From the NCBI GenBank assembly GCA_964016885.1, contig OZ024744.1:122016001-122080000 (forward strand): a stretch of 64,000 nt of DNA, given 5' to 3'. The translations under genes were made by a program, and so were the position numbers. The stretch's first letter is position 1. Each line of letters starts with the position of its first letter. Below the pieces are notes generated by a model. It saw only the letters and a program-made list of their open reading frames with translations. It had not been told where the DNA came from and searched no databases. The stretch is from Eledone cirrhosa. Taxonomy: Eukaryota. This document shows positions 1 through 16,899 of the stretch, piece after piece.

Positions 1-2970
1 CACTTGACCCAACCATCTCACACTATCTCCCTTCACAACATCCATCACTACCTCTATTCCTCTCACCCAGTCACTTTCATACTTCCTCAACACATGACCC
101 AACCATCCCACAGTATCTCTCTTCACAACATCCATCACTACCTCTATTCCTCTCACCCAGTCACTTTATCCTTCCTCAACACATGACCCAACCATCTCAC
201 ACTATCTCTCTCCACAACATCTATCACTACCTCTATTCCTCTCACCCAGTCACTTTCATACTTCCTCAACATATGACCCAACCATCTCACACTATCTCTC
301 TTCACAACATCCATCACAACCTCTATTCCTCTTACCCAGTCATTTTTATCCTTCCTCAACACATGATCCAACCATCTCACACTATCTCTCCTCACAACAT
401 CCATCACTACCTCTATTCCTCTCACCCAGTCACTTTTATCCTTCCTCAACACATGACCCAACCATCTCACACTATCTCTCTTCACAACATCCATCACTAC
501 CTCCATTCCTCTCAGCCAGTCACATTCATACTTCCTCAACACATGACCCAACCATCTCACACTATCTCTCTTCACAACATCCATCACTACCTCCATTCCT
601 CTCAGCCAGTCACATTCATACTTCCTCAACACATGACCCAACCATCTCACACTATCTCTCTTCACAACATCCATCACTACCTCTATTCCTCTCACACAGT
701 CACTTTCATACTTCCTCAACACATGACCCAACCATCTCACACTATCTCTCTTCACAACATGAATCACAACCTCTATTCCTCTCACCCAGTCACTTTATCC
801 TTCCTCAACACATGACCCAACCATCTCACACTATCTCTCTCCACAACATCTATCACTACCTCTATTCCTCTCACCCAGTCACTTTCATACTTCCTCAACA
901 TATGACCCAACCATCTCACACTATCTCTCTTCACAACATCCATCACAACCTCTATTCCTCTTACCCAGTCACTTTTATCCTTCCTGAACACATGAACCAA
1001 CCATCTCACACTATCTCTCTTCACAACATCCATCACTACCTCTATTCCTCTCACCCAGTCACTTTTATCCTTCCTCAACACATGACCCAACCATCTCACA
1101 CGTTCACCGTTCACAACATCCATCACTACCTCTATTCCACTCACCCAGTCACTTTCATACTTCCTCAACACATGACCCAACCATCTCACACTATCTCTCT
1201 TCACAACATCCATCACTACCTCCATTCCTCTCAGCCAGTCACATTCATACTTCCTCAACACATGACCCAACCATCTCACACTATCTCTCTTCACAACATC
1301 CATTACTACCTGTATTCCTCTCACCCAGTCACTTTCATACTTCCTCAACACATGACCCAACCATCTCACACTATCTCTCTTCACAACATCCATCACTACT
1401 TCTATTCCTCTCACCCAGTCACTTTTATCCTTTCTCAACACATGACCCAACCATCTCACACTATCTCTCTTCACAACATCCATCACTACCTCTATTGCTC
1501 TCACCCAGTCACTTTTATGCTTCCTCAACACATGACACAACCATCTCACACTATCTCTCTTCACAACATCCATCACTACCTCTATTCCTCTCACCCAGTC
1601 ACATTTATCCTTCCTCAACACATGACCCAACCATCTCACACTATCTCTCTTCACAACATCCATCACTACCTCTATTCACTCACCCAGTCACTTTTATCCT
1701 TCCTCAACACATGACCCAACCATCTCACACTATCTCTCTTCACAACATCCATCACTAACTCTGTTCCTCTCACCCAGTCACATTCATACATCCTCAACAC
1801 ATGACCCAACCATCTCACACTATCTCCCTTCACAACATCCATCACTACCTCTATTCCTCTCACCCAGTCACTTTTATCCTTCCTCAACACATCACCCAAC
1901 CATCTCACACTATCTCTCTTCACAACATCCATCACTACCTCTATTCCTCTCACCCAGTCACTTTCATACTTCGTCAACATATGACCCAACCATCTCACAC
2001 TATCTCTCTTCACAACATCCATCACTACCTCTGTTCCTATCACCCAGTCACATTCATACTTCCTCAACACAGGACCCAACCATCTCACACTATCTCTCTT
2101 CACAACATCCATCACTACCTCTGTTCCTCTCACCCAGTCACATTCATAAATCCTCAACACATGACCCAACCATCTCACACTATCTCCCTTCACAACATCC
2201 ATCACTACCTCTATTCCTCTCACCCAGTCACTTTCATACTTCCTCAACACATGACCCAACCATCCCACAGTATCTCTCTTCACAACATCCATCACTACCT
2301 CTATTCCTCTCACCCAGTCACTTTCATACTTCCTCAACATATGACCCAACCATCTCACAGTATCTCTCTTCACAACATCCATCACTACCTCTATTCCTCT
2401 CACCCAGTCACTTTCATACTTCCTCAACATATGACCCAACCATCTCACACTATCTCTCTTCACAACATCCATCACTACCACTATTCCTTTCACCCAGTCA
2501 CTTTTATCCTTCCTCAACACATGACTCAACCATCTCACACGATCACCCTTCACAACATCTATCACTACCTCTATTCCACTCACCCAGTCACTTTCATACT
2601 TCCTCAACACATGACCCAACCATCTCACACTATCTCTCTTCACAACATCCATTACTACCTATATTGCTCTCACCCAGTCACATTTATCCTTCCTCAACAC
2701 ATGACCCAACCATCTCACACTATCTCTCTTCACAACATCCATCACTACCTCTATTCCTCTCACCCAGTGACTTTTATATTTCCTCAACACATGACCCAAC
2801 CATCTCACACTATCTCTCTTCACAACATCCATCACTACCTCTATTCCTCTCACCCAGTCACATTTATCCTTCCCAAACACATGACCCAACCATCTCACAC
2901 TATCTCTCTTCACAACATCCATCACTACCTCTATTCCTTTCACCCAGTCACTTTTATCCTTCCTCAACAC

Positions 2971-5900
2971 ATGACCCGACCATCTCACACTATCTCTCTT
3001 CACAACATTCATTACTACCTCTATTCACTCACCCAGTCACTTTTATCCTTCCTCAACACATGACCCAACCATCTCACACTATCTCTCTTCACAACATCCA
3101 TCACTACCTCTATTCCTCTCACCCAGTCACTTTCATACTTCCTCAACACTTGACCCAACCATCCCACAGTATCTCTCTTCACAACATCCATCACTACCTC
3201 TATTCCTCTCACCCAGTCACTTTCATACTTCCTCAACATATGACCCAACCATCTCACACTATCTCTCTTCACAACATCCATCACTACCTCTGTTCCTCTC
3301 ACCCAGTCACTTTTATCCTTCCTCAACACATGACCCAACCATCTCACACTATCTCTCTTTACAACATCCATCACTACCTCTATTCCTCTCACCCAGTCAC
3401 TTTTATCCTTCCTCAACACATGACCCAACCATCTCACACTATCTCTCTTTACAACATCCATCACTACCTCTATTCCTCTCACCCAGTCACTTTTATCCTT
3501 CCTCAACACATGACCCAACCATCTCACACTATCTCTCTTCACAACACCCATCACTACCTACATTCCTCTCAGCCAGTCACATTCATACTTCCTCAACACA
3601 TGACCCAACCATCTCACACTATCTCTCTTCACAACATCCATCACTACCTCTATTCCTCTCACACTGTCACTTTCATACTTCCTCAACACATGACCCAACC
3701 ATCTCACACTATCTCTCTTCACAACATCCATCACAACCTCTATTCCTCTTACCCAGTCACTTTTATCCTTCCTGAACACATGACCCAACCATCTCACACT
3801 ATCTCTCTTCACAACATCAATTACTACCTGTATTCCTCTCACACAGTCACATTCATACTTCCTCAACACATGACCCAACCATCTCACACTATCTCACTTC
3901 ACAACATCCATTACTACCTCTATTGCTCTCACCCAGTCACTTTTATCGTTCCTCAACACATGACCCAACCATCTCACACTATCTCTCTTCACAACATCCA
4001 TCACTACCTCTATTCCTCTCACCCAGTCACTTTTATACTTCCTCAACACATGACCCAACCATCTCACACTATCTCTCTTCACAACATCCATCATTACCTC
4101 TATTCCTTTCACCCAGTCACTTTTATCCTTCCTCAACACATGACCCAACCATCTCACACGATCACCCTTCACAACATCTATCACTACCTCTATTCCTCTC
4201 ACCCAGTCACTTTCATACTTCCTCAACACATGACCCAACCATCTCACACTATCTCTCTTCACAACATCCATCACTACCTCTGTTTCTCTCACCCAGTCAC
4301 TTCATACTTCCTCAACACATGACCCAACCATCTCAAACTATCTCTCTTCACAACATCCATCACTACCTTTATTCCTCTCACACAGTCACTTTCATACTTC
4401 CTCAACACATGACCCAACCATCTCACACTATCTCTCTTCACAACATCCATCACTACCTCTATTCCTCTCACCCAGTCACTTTTATCCTTCCTCAACACAT
4501 GACCAAACCATCTCACACTATCTCTCTTCACAACATCCATCACTACCTCTATTCCTCTCAACCGGTCACTTTTATCCTTCCTCAACACATGACCCAACCA
4601 TCTCACACTATCTCTCTTCACAACATCCATCACTACCTCTATTCACTCACCCAGTCACTTTTATCCTTCCTCAACACATGACCCAACCATCTCACACTAT
4701 CTCTCTACACAACATCCATCACTACCTCTATTCCTATCACCCAGTCACATTCATACTTCCTCAACACAGGACCCAACCATCTCACACTATCTCTCTTCAC
4801 AACATCCATCACTACCTCTGTTCCTCTCACCCAGTCACATTCATACATCCTCAACACATGACCCAACCATCTCACACTATCTCTCTTCACAACATCCATC
4901 ACTACCTCTATTCCTCTCACCCAGTTACTTTCATACTTCCTCAACACATGACCCAACCATCCCACAGTATCTCTCTTCACAACATCCATCACTACCTCTG
5001 TTCCTCTCACCCAGTCACTTTTATCCTTCCTCAACACATGACCCAACCATCTCACACTATCTCTCTTCACAACATCCATCACTACCTCTATTCCTCTCAC
5101 CCAGTCACTTTTATCCTTCCTCAACACATGACCCAACCATCTCACACTATCTCTCTTCACAACATCCATCACTACCTCTATTCCTCTCACACAGTCACTT
5201 TCATACTTCCTCAACACATGACCCGACCATCTCACACTATCTCTCTTCACAACATTCATTACTACCTCTATTCACTCACCCAGTCACTTTTATCCTTCCT
5301 CAACACATGACCCAACCATCTCACACTATCTCTCTTCACAACATCCATCACTACCTCTATTCCTCTCACCCAGTCACTTTCATACTTCCTCAACACTTGA
5401 CCCAACCATCCCACAGTATCTCTCTTCACAACATCCATCACTACCTCTATTCCTCTCACCCAGTCACTTTCATACTTCCTCAACATATGACCCAACCATC
5501 TCACACTATCTCTCTTCACAACATCCATCACTACCTCTGTTCCTCTCACCCAGTCACTTTTATCCTTCCTCAACACATGACCCAACCATCTCACACTATC
5601 TCTCTTTACAACATCCATCACTACCTCTATTCCTCTCACCCAGTCACTTTTATCCTTCCTCAACACATGACCCAACCATCTCACACTATCTCTCTTTACA
5701 ACATCCATCACTACCTCTATTCCTCTCACCCAGTCACTTTTATCCTTCCTCAACACATGACCCAACCATCTCACACTATCTCTCTTCACAACACCCATCA
5801 CTACCTACATTCCTCTCAGCCAGTCACATTCATACTTCCTCAACACATGACCCAACCATCTCACACTATCTCTCTTCACAACATCCATCACTACCTCTAT

Positions 5901-7464
5901 TCCTCTCACACTGTCACTTTCATACTTCCTCAACACATGACCCAACCATCTCACACTATCTCTCTTCACAACATCCATCACAACCTCTATTCCTCTTACC
6001 CAGTCACTTTTATCCTTCCTGAACACATGACCCAACCATCTCACACTATCTCTCTTCACAACATCAATTACTACCTGTATTCCTCTCACACAGTCACATT
6101 CATACTTCCTCAACACATGACCCAACCATCTCACACTATCTCACTTCACAACATCCATTACTACCTCTATTGCTCTCACCCAGTCACTTTTATCGTTCCT
6201 CAACACATGACCCAACCATCTCACACTATCTCTCTTCACAACATCCATCACTACCTCTATTCCTCTCACCCAGTCACTTTTATACTTCCTCAACACATGA
6301 CCCAACCATCTCACACTATCTCTCTTCACAACATCCATCATTACCTCTATTCCTTTCACCCAGTCACTTTTATCCTTCCTCAACACATGACCCAACCATC
6401 TCACACGATCACCCTTCACAACATCTATCACTACCTCTATTCCTCTCACCCAGTCACTTTCATACTTCCTCAACACATGACCCAACCATCTCACACTATC
6501 TCTCTTCACAACATCCATCACTACCTCTGTTTCTCTCACCCAGTCACTTCATACTTCCTCAACACATGACCCAACCATCTCAAACTATCTCTCTTCACAA
6601 CATCCATCACTACCTTTATTCCTCTCACACAGTCACTTTCATACTTCCTCAACACATGACCCAACCATCTCACACTATCTCTCTTCACAACATCCATCAC
6701 TACCTCTATTCCTCTCACCCAGTCACTTTTATCCTTCCTCAACACATGACCAAACCATCTCACACTATCTCTCTTCACAACATCCATCACTACCTCTATT
6801 CCTCTCAACCGGTCACTTTTATCCTTCCTCAACACATGACCCAACCATCTCACACTATCTCTCTTCACAACATCCATCACTACCTCTATTCACTCACCCA
6901 GTCACTTTTATCCTTCCTCAACACATGACCCAACCATCTCACACTATCTCTCTACACAACATCCATCACTACCTCTATTCCTATCACCCAGTCACATTCA
7001 TACTTCCTCAACACAGGACCCAACCATCTCACACTATCTCTCTTCACAACATCCATCACTACCTCTGTTCCTCTCACCCAGTCACATTCATACATCCTCA
7101 ACACATGACCCAACCATCTCACACTATCTCTCTTCACAACATCCATCACTACCTCTATTCCTCTCACCCAGTCACTTTCATACTTCCTCAACACATGACC
7201 CAACCATCCCACAGTATCTCTCTTCACAACATCCATCACTACCTCTGTTCCTCTCACCCAGTCACTTTTATCCTTCCTCAACACATGACCCAACCATCTC
7301 ACACTATCTCTCTTCACAACATCCATCACTACCTCTATTCCTCTCACCCAGTCACTTTTATCCTTCCTCAACACATGACCCAACCATCTCACACTATCTC
7401 TCTTCACAACATCCATCACTACCTCTATTCCTCTCACACAGTCACTTTCATACTTCCTCAACAC
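2971..7464. repeat. Higher-order tandem duplication, 2247-bp period (25 monomers)
   Basis: The rare-variant order is repeated at offset 2247: ATGACCCGAC at 2971 and 5218; identical ORFs 3021..3554 / 5268..5801, 3923..4681 / 6170..6928 and 4289..4633 / 6536..6880. Confidence 0.92.
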
Positions 7465-10400
7465 ATGACCCAACCATCTCACACTATCTCTCTTCACAAC
7501 ATCCATCACAACCTCTATTCCTCTTACCCAGTCATTTTTATCCTTCCTGAACACATGACCCAACCATCTCACACTATCTCTCTTCACAACATCCATCACT
7601 ACCTCTATTCCTCTCACCCAGTCACATTCATACTTCCTCAACACATGACCAAACCATCTCACACTATCTCTATTCACAACATCCATCACAACCTCTATTC
7701 CTCTCACACAGTCACTTTCATACTTCCTCAACACATGACCCAACCATCTCACACTATCTCTCTTCACAACATTCATCACAACCTCTATTCCTCTTACCCA
7801 GTCATTTTTATCCTTCCTGAACACATGACCCAACCATCTCACACTATCTCTCTTCACAACATCCATCACTACCTCTATTCCTCTCACACAGTCACTTTCA
7901 TACTTCCTCAACACATGACCCAACCATCTCACACTATCTCTCTTCACAACATCCATCACAACCTCTATTCCTCTTACCCAGTCACTTTTATCCTTCCTGA
8001 ACACATGACCCAACCATCTCACACTATCTCTCTTCACAACATCCATTACTACCTGTATTCCTCTCACACAGTCACATTCATACTTCCTCAACACATGACC
8101 CAACCATCTCACACTATCTCACTTCACAACATCCATTACTACCTCTATTGCTCTCACCCAGTCACTTTTATCGTTCCTCAACACATGACCCAACCATCTC
8201 ACACTATCTCTCTTCACAACATCCATCACTACCTCTATTCCTCTCACCCAGTCACTTTTATACTTCCTCAACACATGACCCAACCATCTCACACTATCTC
8301 TCTTCACAACATCCATCACTACCTTTATTCCTCTCACACAGTCACTTTCATACTTCCTCAACACATGACCCAACCATCTCACACTATCTCTCTTCACAAC
8401 ATCCATCACTACCTCTATTCCTCTCACCCAGTCACTTTTATCCTTCCTCAACACATGACCAAACCATCTCACACTATCTCTCTTCACAACATCCATCACT
8501 ACCTCTATTCCTCTCAACCGGTCACTTTTATCCTTCCTCAACACATGACCCAACCATCTCACACTATCTCTCTTCACAACATCCATCATTACCTCTATTC
8601 CTTTCACCCAGTCACTTTTATCCTTCCTCAACACATGACCCAACCATCTCACACGATCACCCTTCACAACATCTATCACTACCTCTATTCCTCTCACCCA
8701 GTCACTTTCATACTTCCTCAACACATGACCCAACCATCTCACACTATCTCTCTTCACAACATTCATCACTACCTCTGTTTCTCTCACCCAGTCACTTCAT
8801 ACTTCCTCAACACATGACCCAACCATCTCAAACTATCTCTCTTCACAACATCCATCACTACCTTTATTCCTCTCACACAGTCACTTTCATACTTCCTCAA
8901 CACATGACCCAACCATCTCACACTATCTCTCTTCACAACATCCATCACTACCTCTATTCCTCTCACCCAGTCACTTTTATCCTTCCTCAACACATGACCA
9001 AACCATCTCACACTATCTCTCTTCACAACATCCATCACTACCTCTATTCCTCTCAACCGGTCACTTTTATCCTTCCTCAACACATGACCCAACCATCTCA
9101 CACTATCTCTCTTCACAACATCCATCACTACCTCTATTCACTCACCCAGTCACTTTTATCCTTCCTCAACACATGACCCAACCATCTCACACTATCTCTC
9201 TACACAACATCCATCACTACCTCTATTCCTCTCACCCAGTCACATTCATACTTCCTCAACACAGGACCCAACCATCTCACACTATCTCTCTTCACAACAT
9301 CCATCACTACCTCTGTTCCTCTCACCCAGTCACATTCATACATCCTCAACACATGACCCAACCATCTCACACTATCTCTCTTCACAACATCCTTCACTAC
9401 CTCTATTCCTCTCACCCAGTCACTTTCATACTTCCTCAACACATGACCCAACCATCCCACAGTATCTCTCTTCACAACATCCATCACTACCTCTGTTCCT
9501 CTCACCCAGTCACTTTTATCCTTCCTCAACACATGACCCAACCATCTCACACTATCTCTCTTCACAACATCCATCACTACCTCTATTCCTCTCACACAGT
9601 CACTTTCATACTTCCTCAACACATGACCCAACCATCTCACACTATCTCTCTTCACAACATCCATCACAACCTCTATTCCTCTTACCCAGTCATTTTTATC
9701 CTTCCTGAACACATGACCCAACCATCTCACACTATCTCTCTTCACAACATCCATCACTACCTCTATTCCTCTCACCCAGTCACATTCATACTTCCTCAAC
9801 ACATGACCAAACCATCTCACACTATCTCTATTCACAACATCCATCACAACCTCTATTCCTCTCACACAGTCACTTTCATACTTCCTCAACACATGACCCA
9901 ACCATCTCACACTATCTCTCTTCACAACATTCATCACAACCTCTATTCCTCTTACCCAGTCATTTTTATCCTTCCTGAACACATGACCCAACCATCTCAC
10001 ACTATCTCTCTTCACAACATCCATCACTACCTCTATTCCTCTCACCCAGTCACATTCATACTTCCTCAACACATGACCAAACCATCTCACACTATCTCTC
10101 TTCACAACATCCATCACTACCTCTATTCCTCTTACCCAGTCACTTTTATCCTTCCCAAACACATGACCCAACCATCTCACACTATCTCTCTTCACAACAT
10201 CCATCACTACCTCTATTCCTTTCACCCAGTCACTTTTATCCTTCCTCAACACATGACCCAACCATCTCACACTATCTCTCTTCACAACATCCATCACTAC
10301 CTCTATTCACTCACCCAGTCACTTTTATCCTTCCTCAACACATGACCCAACCATCTCACACTATCTCTCTACACAACATCCATCACTACCTCTATTCCTA

Positions 10401-13400
10401 TCACCCAGTCACATTCATACTTCCTCAACACAGGACCCAACCATCTCACACTATCTCTCTTCACAACATCCATCACTACCTCTGTTCCTCTCACCCAGTC
10501 ACATTCATACATCCTCAACACATGACCCAACCATCTCACACTATCTCTCTTCACAACATCCATCACTACCTCTATTCCTCTCACCCAGTTACTTTCATAC
10601 TTCCTCAACACATGACCCAACCATCCCACAGTATCTCTCTTCACAACATCCATCACTACCTCTGTTCCTCTCACCCAGTCACTTTTATCCTTCCTCAACA
10701 CATGACCCAACCATCTCACACTATCTCTCTTCACAACATCCATCACTACCTCTATTCCTCTCACCCAGTCACTTTTATCCTTCCTCAACACATGACCCAA
10801 CCATCTCACACTATCTCTCTTCACAACATTCATTACTACCTCTATTCACTCACCCAGTCACTTTTATCCTTCCTCAACACATGACCCAACCATCTCACAC
10901 TATCTCTCTTCACAACATCCATCACTACCTCTATTCCTCTCACCCAGTCACTTTCATACTTCCTCAACACTTGACCCAACCATCCCACAGTATCTCTCTT
11001 CACAACATCCATCACTACCTCTATTCCTCTCACCCAGTCACTTTCATACTTCCTCAACATATGACCCAACCATCTCACACTATCTCTCTTCACAACATCC
11101 ATCACTACCTCTGTTCCTCTCACCCAGTCACTTTTATCCTTCCTCAACACATGACCCAACCATCTCACACTATCTCTCTTTACAACATCCATCACTACCT
11201 CTATTCCTCTCACCCAGTCACTTTTATCCTTCCTCAACACATGACCCAACCATCTCACACTATCTCTCTTTACAACATCCATCACTACCTCTATTCCTCT
11301 CACCCAGTCACTTTTATCCTTCCTCAACACATGACCCAACCATCTCACACTATCTCTCTTCACAACACCCATCACTACCTACATTCCTCTCAGCCAGTCA
11401 CATTCATACTTCCTCAACACATGACCCAACCATCTCACACTATCTCTCTTCACAACATCCATCACTACCTCTATTCCTCTCACACTGTCACTTTCATACT
11501 TCCTCAACACATGACCCAACCATCTCACACTATCTCTCTTCACAACATCCATCACAACCTCTATTCCTCTTACCCAGTCACTTTTATCCTTCCTGAACAC
11601 ATGACCCAACCATCTCACACTATCTCTCTTCACAACATCAATTACTACCTGTATTCCTCTCACACAGTCACATTCATACTTCCTCAACACATGACCCAAC
11701 CATCTCACACTATCTCACTTCACAACATCCATTACTACCTCTATTGCTCTCACCCAGTCACTTTTATCGTTCCTCAACACATGACCCAACCATCTCACAC
11801 TATCTCTCTTCACAACATCCATCACTACCTCTATTCCTCTCACCCAGTCACTTTTATACTTCCTCAACACATGACCCAACCATCTCACACTATCTCTCTT
11901 CACAACATCCATCATTACCTCTATTCCTTTCACCCAGTCACTTTTATCCTTCCTCAACACATGACCCAACCATCTCACACGATCACCCTTCACAACATCT
12001 ATCACTACCTCTATTCCTCTCACCCAGTCACTTTCATACTTCCTCAACACATGACCCAACCATCTCACACTATCTCTCTTCACAACATCCATCACTACCT
12101 CTGTTTCTCTCACCCAGTCACTTCATACTTCCTCAACACATGACCCAACCATCTCAAACTATCTCTCTTCACAACATCCATCACTACCTTTATTCCTCTC
12201 ACACAGTCACTTTCATACTTCCTCAACACATGACCCAACCATCTCACACTATCTCTCTTCACAACATCCATCACTACCTCTATTCCTCTCACCCAGTCAC
12301 TTTTATCCTTCCTCAACACATGACCAAACCATCTCACACTATCTCTCTTCACAACATCCATCACTACCTCTATTCCTCTCAACCGGTCACTTTTATCCTT
12401 CCTCAACACATGACCCAACCATCTCACACTATCTCTCTTCACAACATCCATCACTACCTCTATTCACTCACCCAGTCACTTTTATCCTTCCTCAACACAT
12501 GACCCAACCATCTCACACTATCTCTCTACACAACATCCATCACTACCTCTATTCCTATCACCCAGTCACATTCATACTTCCTCAACACAGGACCCAACCA
12601 TCTCACACTATCTCTCTTCACAACATCCATCACTACCTCTGTTCCTCTCACCCAGTCACATTCATACATCCTCAACACATGACCCAACCATCTCACACTA
12701 TCTCTCTTCACAACATCCATCACTACCTCTATTCCTCTCACCCAGTCACTTTCATACTTCCTCAACACATGACCCAACCATCCCACAGTATCTCTCTTCA
12801 CAACATCCATCACTACCTCTGTTCCTCTCACCCAGTCACTTTTATCCTTCCTCAACACATGACCCAACCATCTCACACTATCTCTCTTCACAACATCCAT
12901 CACTACCTCTATTCCTCTCACCCAGTCACTTTTATCCTTCCTCAACACATGACCCAACCATCTCACACTATCTCTCTTCACAACATCCATCACTACCTCT
13001 ATTCCTCTCACACAGTCACTTTCATACTTCCTCAACACATGACCCAACCATCTCACACTATCTCTCTTCACAACATCCATCACAACCTCTATTCCTCTTA
13101 CCCAGTCATTTTTATCCTTCCTGAACACATGACCCAACCATCTCACACTATCTCTCTTCACAACATCCATCACTACCTCTATTCCTCTCACCCAGTCACA
13201 TTCATACTTCCTCAACACATGACCAAACCATCTCACACTATCTCTATTCACAACATCCATCACAACCTCTATTCCTCTCACACAGTCACTTTCATACTTC
13301 CTCAACACATGACCCAACCATCTCACACTATCTCTCTTCACAACATTCATCACAACCTCTATTCCTCTTACCCAGTCATTTTTATCCTTCCTGAACACAT

Positions 13401-15835
13401 GACCCAACCATCTCACACTATCTCTCTTCACAACATCCATCACTACCTCTATTCCTCTCACACAGTCACTTTCATACTTCCTCAACACATGACCCAACCA
13501 TCTCACACTATCTCTCTTCACAACATCCATCACAACCTCTATTCCTCTTACCCAGTCACTTTTATCCTTCCTGAACACATGACCCAACCATCTCACACTA
13601 TCTCTCTTCACAACATCCATTACTACCTGTATTCCTCTCACACAGTCACATTCATACTTCCTCAACACATGACCCAACCATCTCACACTATCTCACTTCA
13701 CAACATCCATTACTACCTCTATTGCTCTCACCCAGTCACTTTTATCGTTCCTCAACACATGACCCAACCATCTCACACTATCTCTCTTCACAACATCCAT
13801 CACTACCTCTATTCCTCTCACCCAGTCACTTTTATACTTCCTCAACACATGACCCAACCATCTCACACTATCTCTCTTCACAACATCCATCACTACCTTT
13901 ATTCCTCTCACACAGTCACTTTCATACTTCCTCAACACATGACCCAACCATCTCACACTATCTCTCTTCACAACATCCATCACTACCTCTATTCCTCTCA
14001 CCCAGTCACTTTTATCCTTCCTCAACACATGACCAAACCATCTCACACTATCTCTCTTCACAACATCCATCACTACCTCTATTCCTCTCAACCGGTCACT
14101 TTTATCCTTCCTCAACACATGACCCAACCATCTCACACTATCTCTCTTCACAACATCCATCATTACCTCTATTCCTTTCACCCAGTCACTTTTATCCTTC
14201 CTCAACACATGACCCAACCATCTCACACGATCACCCTTCACAACATCTATCACTACCTCTATTCCTCTCACCCAGTCACTTTCATACTTCCTCAACACAT
14301 GACCCAACCATCTCACACTATCTCTCTTCACAACATTCATCACTACCTCTGTTTCTCTCACCCAGTCACTTCATACTTCCTCAACACATGACCCAACCAT
14401 CTCAAACTATCTCTCTTCACAACATCCATCACTACCTTTATTCCTCTCACACAGTCACTTTCATACTTCCTCAACACATGACCCAACCATCTCACACTAT
14501 CTCTCTTCACAACATCCATCACTACCTCTATTCCTCTCACCCAGTCACTTTTATCCTTCCTCAACACATGACCAAACCATCTCACACTATCTCTCTTCAC
14601 AACATCCATCACTACCTCTATTCCTCTCAACCGGTCACTTTTATCCTTCCTCAACACATGACCCAACCATCTCACACTATCTCTCTTCACAACATCCATC
14701 ACTACCTCTATTCACTCACCCAGTCACTTTTATCCTTCCTCAACACATGACCCAACCATCTCACACTATCTCTCTACACAACATCCATCACTACCTCTAT
14801 TCCTCTCACCCAGTCACATTCATACTTCCTCAACACAGGACCCAACCATCTCACACTATCTCTCTTCACAACATCCATCACTACCTCTGTTCCTCTCACC
14901 CAGTCACATTCATACATCCTCAACACATGACCCAACCATCTCACACTATCTCTCTTCACAACATCCTTCACTACCTCTATTCCTCTCACCCAGTCACTTT
15001 CATACTTCCTCAACACATGACCCAACCATCCCACAGTATCTCTCTTCACAACATCCATCACTACCTCTGTTCCTCTCACCCAGTCACTTTTATCCTTCCT
15101 CAACACATGACCCAACCATCTCACACTATCTCTCTTCACAACATCCATCACTACCTCTATTCCTCTCACACAGTCACTTTCATACTTCCTCAACACATGA
15201 CCCAACCATCTCACACTATCTCTCTTCACAACATCCATCACAACCTCTATTCCTCTTACCCAGTCATTTTTATCCTTCCTGAACACATGACCCAACCATC
15301 TCACACTATCTCTCTTCTCAACATCCATCACTACCTCTATTCCTCTCACCCAGTCACATTCATACTTCCTCAACACATGACCAAACCATCTCACACTATC
15401 TCTATTCACAACATCCATCACAACCTCTATTCCTCTCACACAGTCACTTTCATACTTCCTCAACACATGACCCAACCATCTCACACTATCTCTCTTCACA
15501 ACATTCATCACAACCTCTATTCCTCTTACCCAGTCATTTTTATCCTTCCTGAACACATGACCCAACCATCTCACACTATCTCTCTTCACAACATCCATCA
15601 CTACCTCTATTCCTCTCACCCAGTCACATTCATACTTCCTCAACACATGACCAAACCATCTCACACTATCTCTCTTCACAACATCCATCACTACCTCTAT
15701 TCCTCTTACCCAGTCACTTTTATCCTTCCCAAACACATGACCCAACCATCTCACACTATCTCTCTTCACAACATCCATCACTACCTCTATTCCTTTCACC
15801 CAGTCACTTTTATCCTTCCTCAACACATGACCCAA
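5218..15835. repeat. Higher-order duplication, 5574-bp period (62 monomers)
   Basis: Identical ORFs at offset 5574: 5307..6569 / 10881..12143, 6925..8817 / 12499..14391, 8148..9176 / 13722..14750, and starts 9173 / 14747. The private variant CATCCTTCAC is shared at about 9388 / 14962. Boundaries approximate. Confidence 0.92.
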
Positions 15836-16899
15836 CCATCTCACACGATCACCCTTCACAACATCTATCACTACCTCTATTCCTCTCACCCAGTCACTTT
15901 CATACTTCCTCAACACATGACCCAACCATCTCACACTATCTCTCTTCACAACATCCATCACTACCTCTGTTTCTCTCACCCAGTCACTTCATACTTCCTC
16001 AACACATGACCCAACCATCTCAAACTATCTCTCTTCACAACATCCATCACTACCTTTATTCCTCTCACACAGTCACTTTCATACTTCCTCAACACATGAC
16101 CCAACCATCTGACACTATCTCTCTTCACAACATCCATCACTACCTCTATTCCTCTCACCCAGTCACATTCATACTTCCTCAACACATGACCAAACCATCT
16201 CACACTATCTCTATTCACAACATCCATCACAACCTCTATTCCTCTCACACAGTCACTTTCATACTTCCTCAACACATGACCCAACCATCTCACACTATCT
16301 CTCTTCACAACATTCATCACAACCTCTATTCCTCTTACCCAGTCATTTTTATCCTTCCTGAACACATGACCCAACCATCTCACACTATCTCTCTTCACAA
16401 CATCCATCACTACCTCTATTCCTCTCACCCAGTCACATTCATACTTCCTCAACACATGACCAAACCATCTCACACTATCTCTCTTCACAACATCCATCAC
16501 TACCTCTATTCCTCTCACCCAGTCACTTTTATCCTTCCCAAACACATGACCCAACCATCTCACACTATCTCTCTTCACAACATCCATCACTACCTCTATT
16601 CCTTTCACCCAGTCACTTTTATCCTTCCTCAACACATGACCCAACCATCTCACACGATCACCCTTCACAACATCCATCACTACCTCTATTCCTCTCACCC
16701 AGTCACTTTCATACTTCCTCAACACATGACCCGACCATCTCACACTATCTCTCTTCACAACATCCATCACTACCTCTGTTTCTCTCACCCAGTCATATTC
16801 ATACTTCCTCAACTCATGACCCAACCATCTCACACTATCTCTCTTCACAACATCCATCACTACCTTTATTCCTCTCACACAGTCACTTTCATACTTCCT

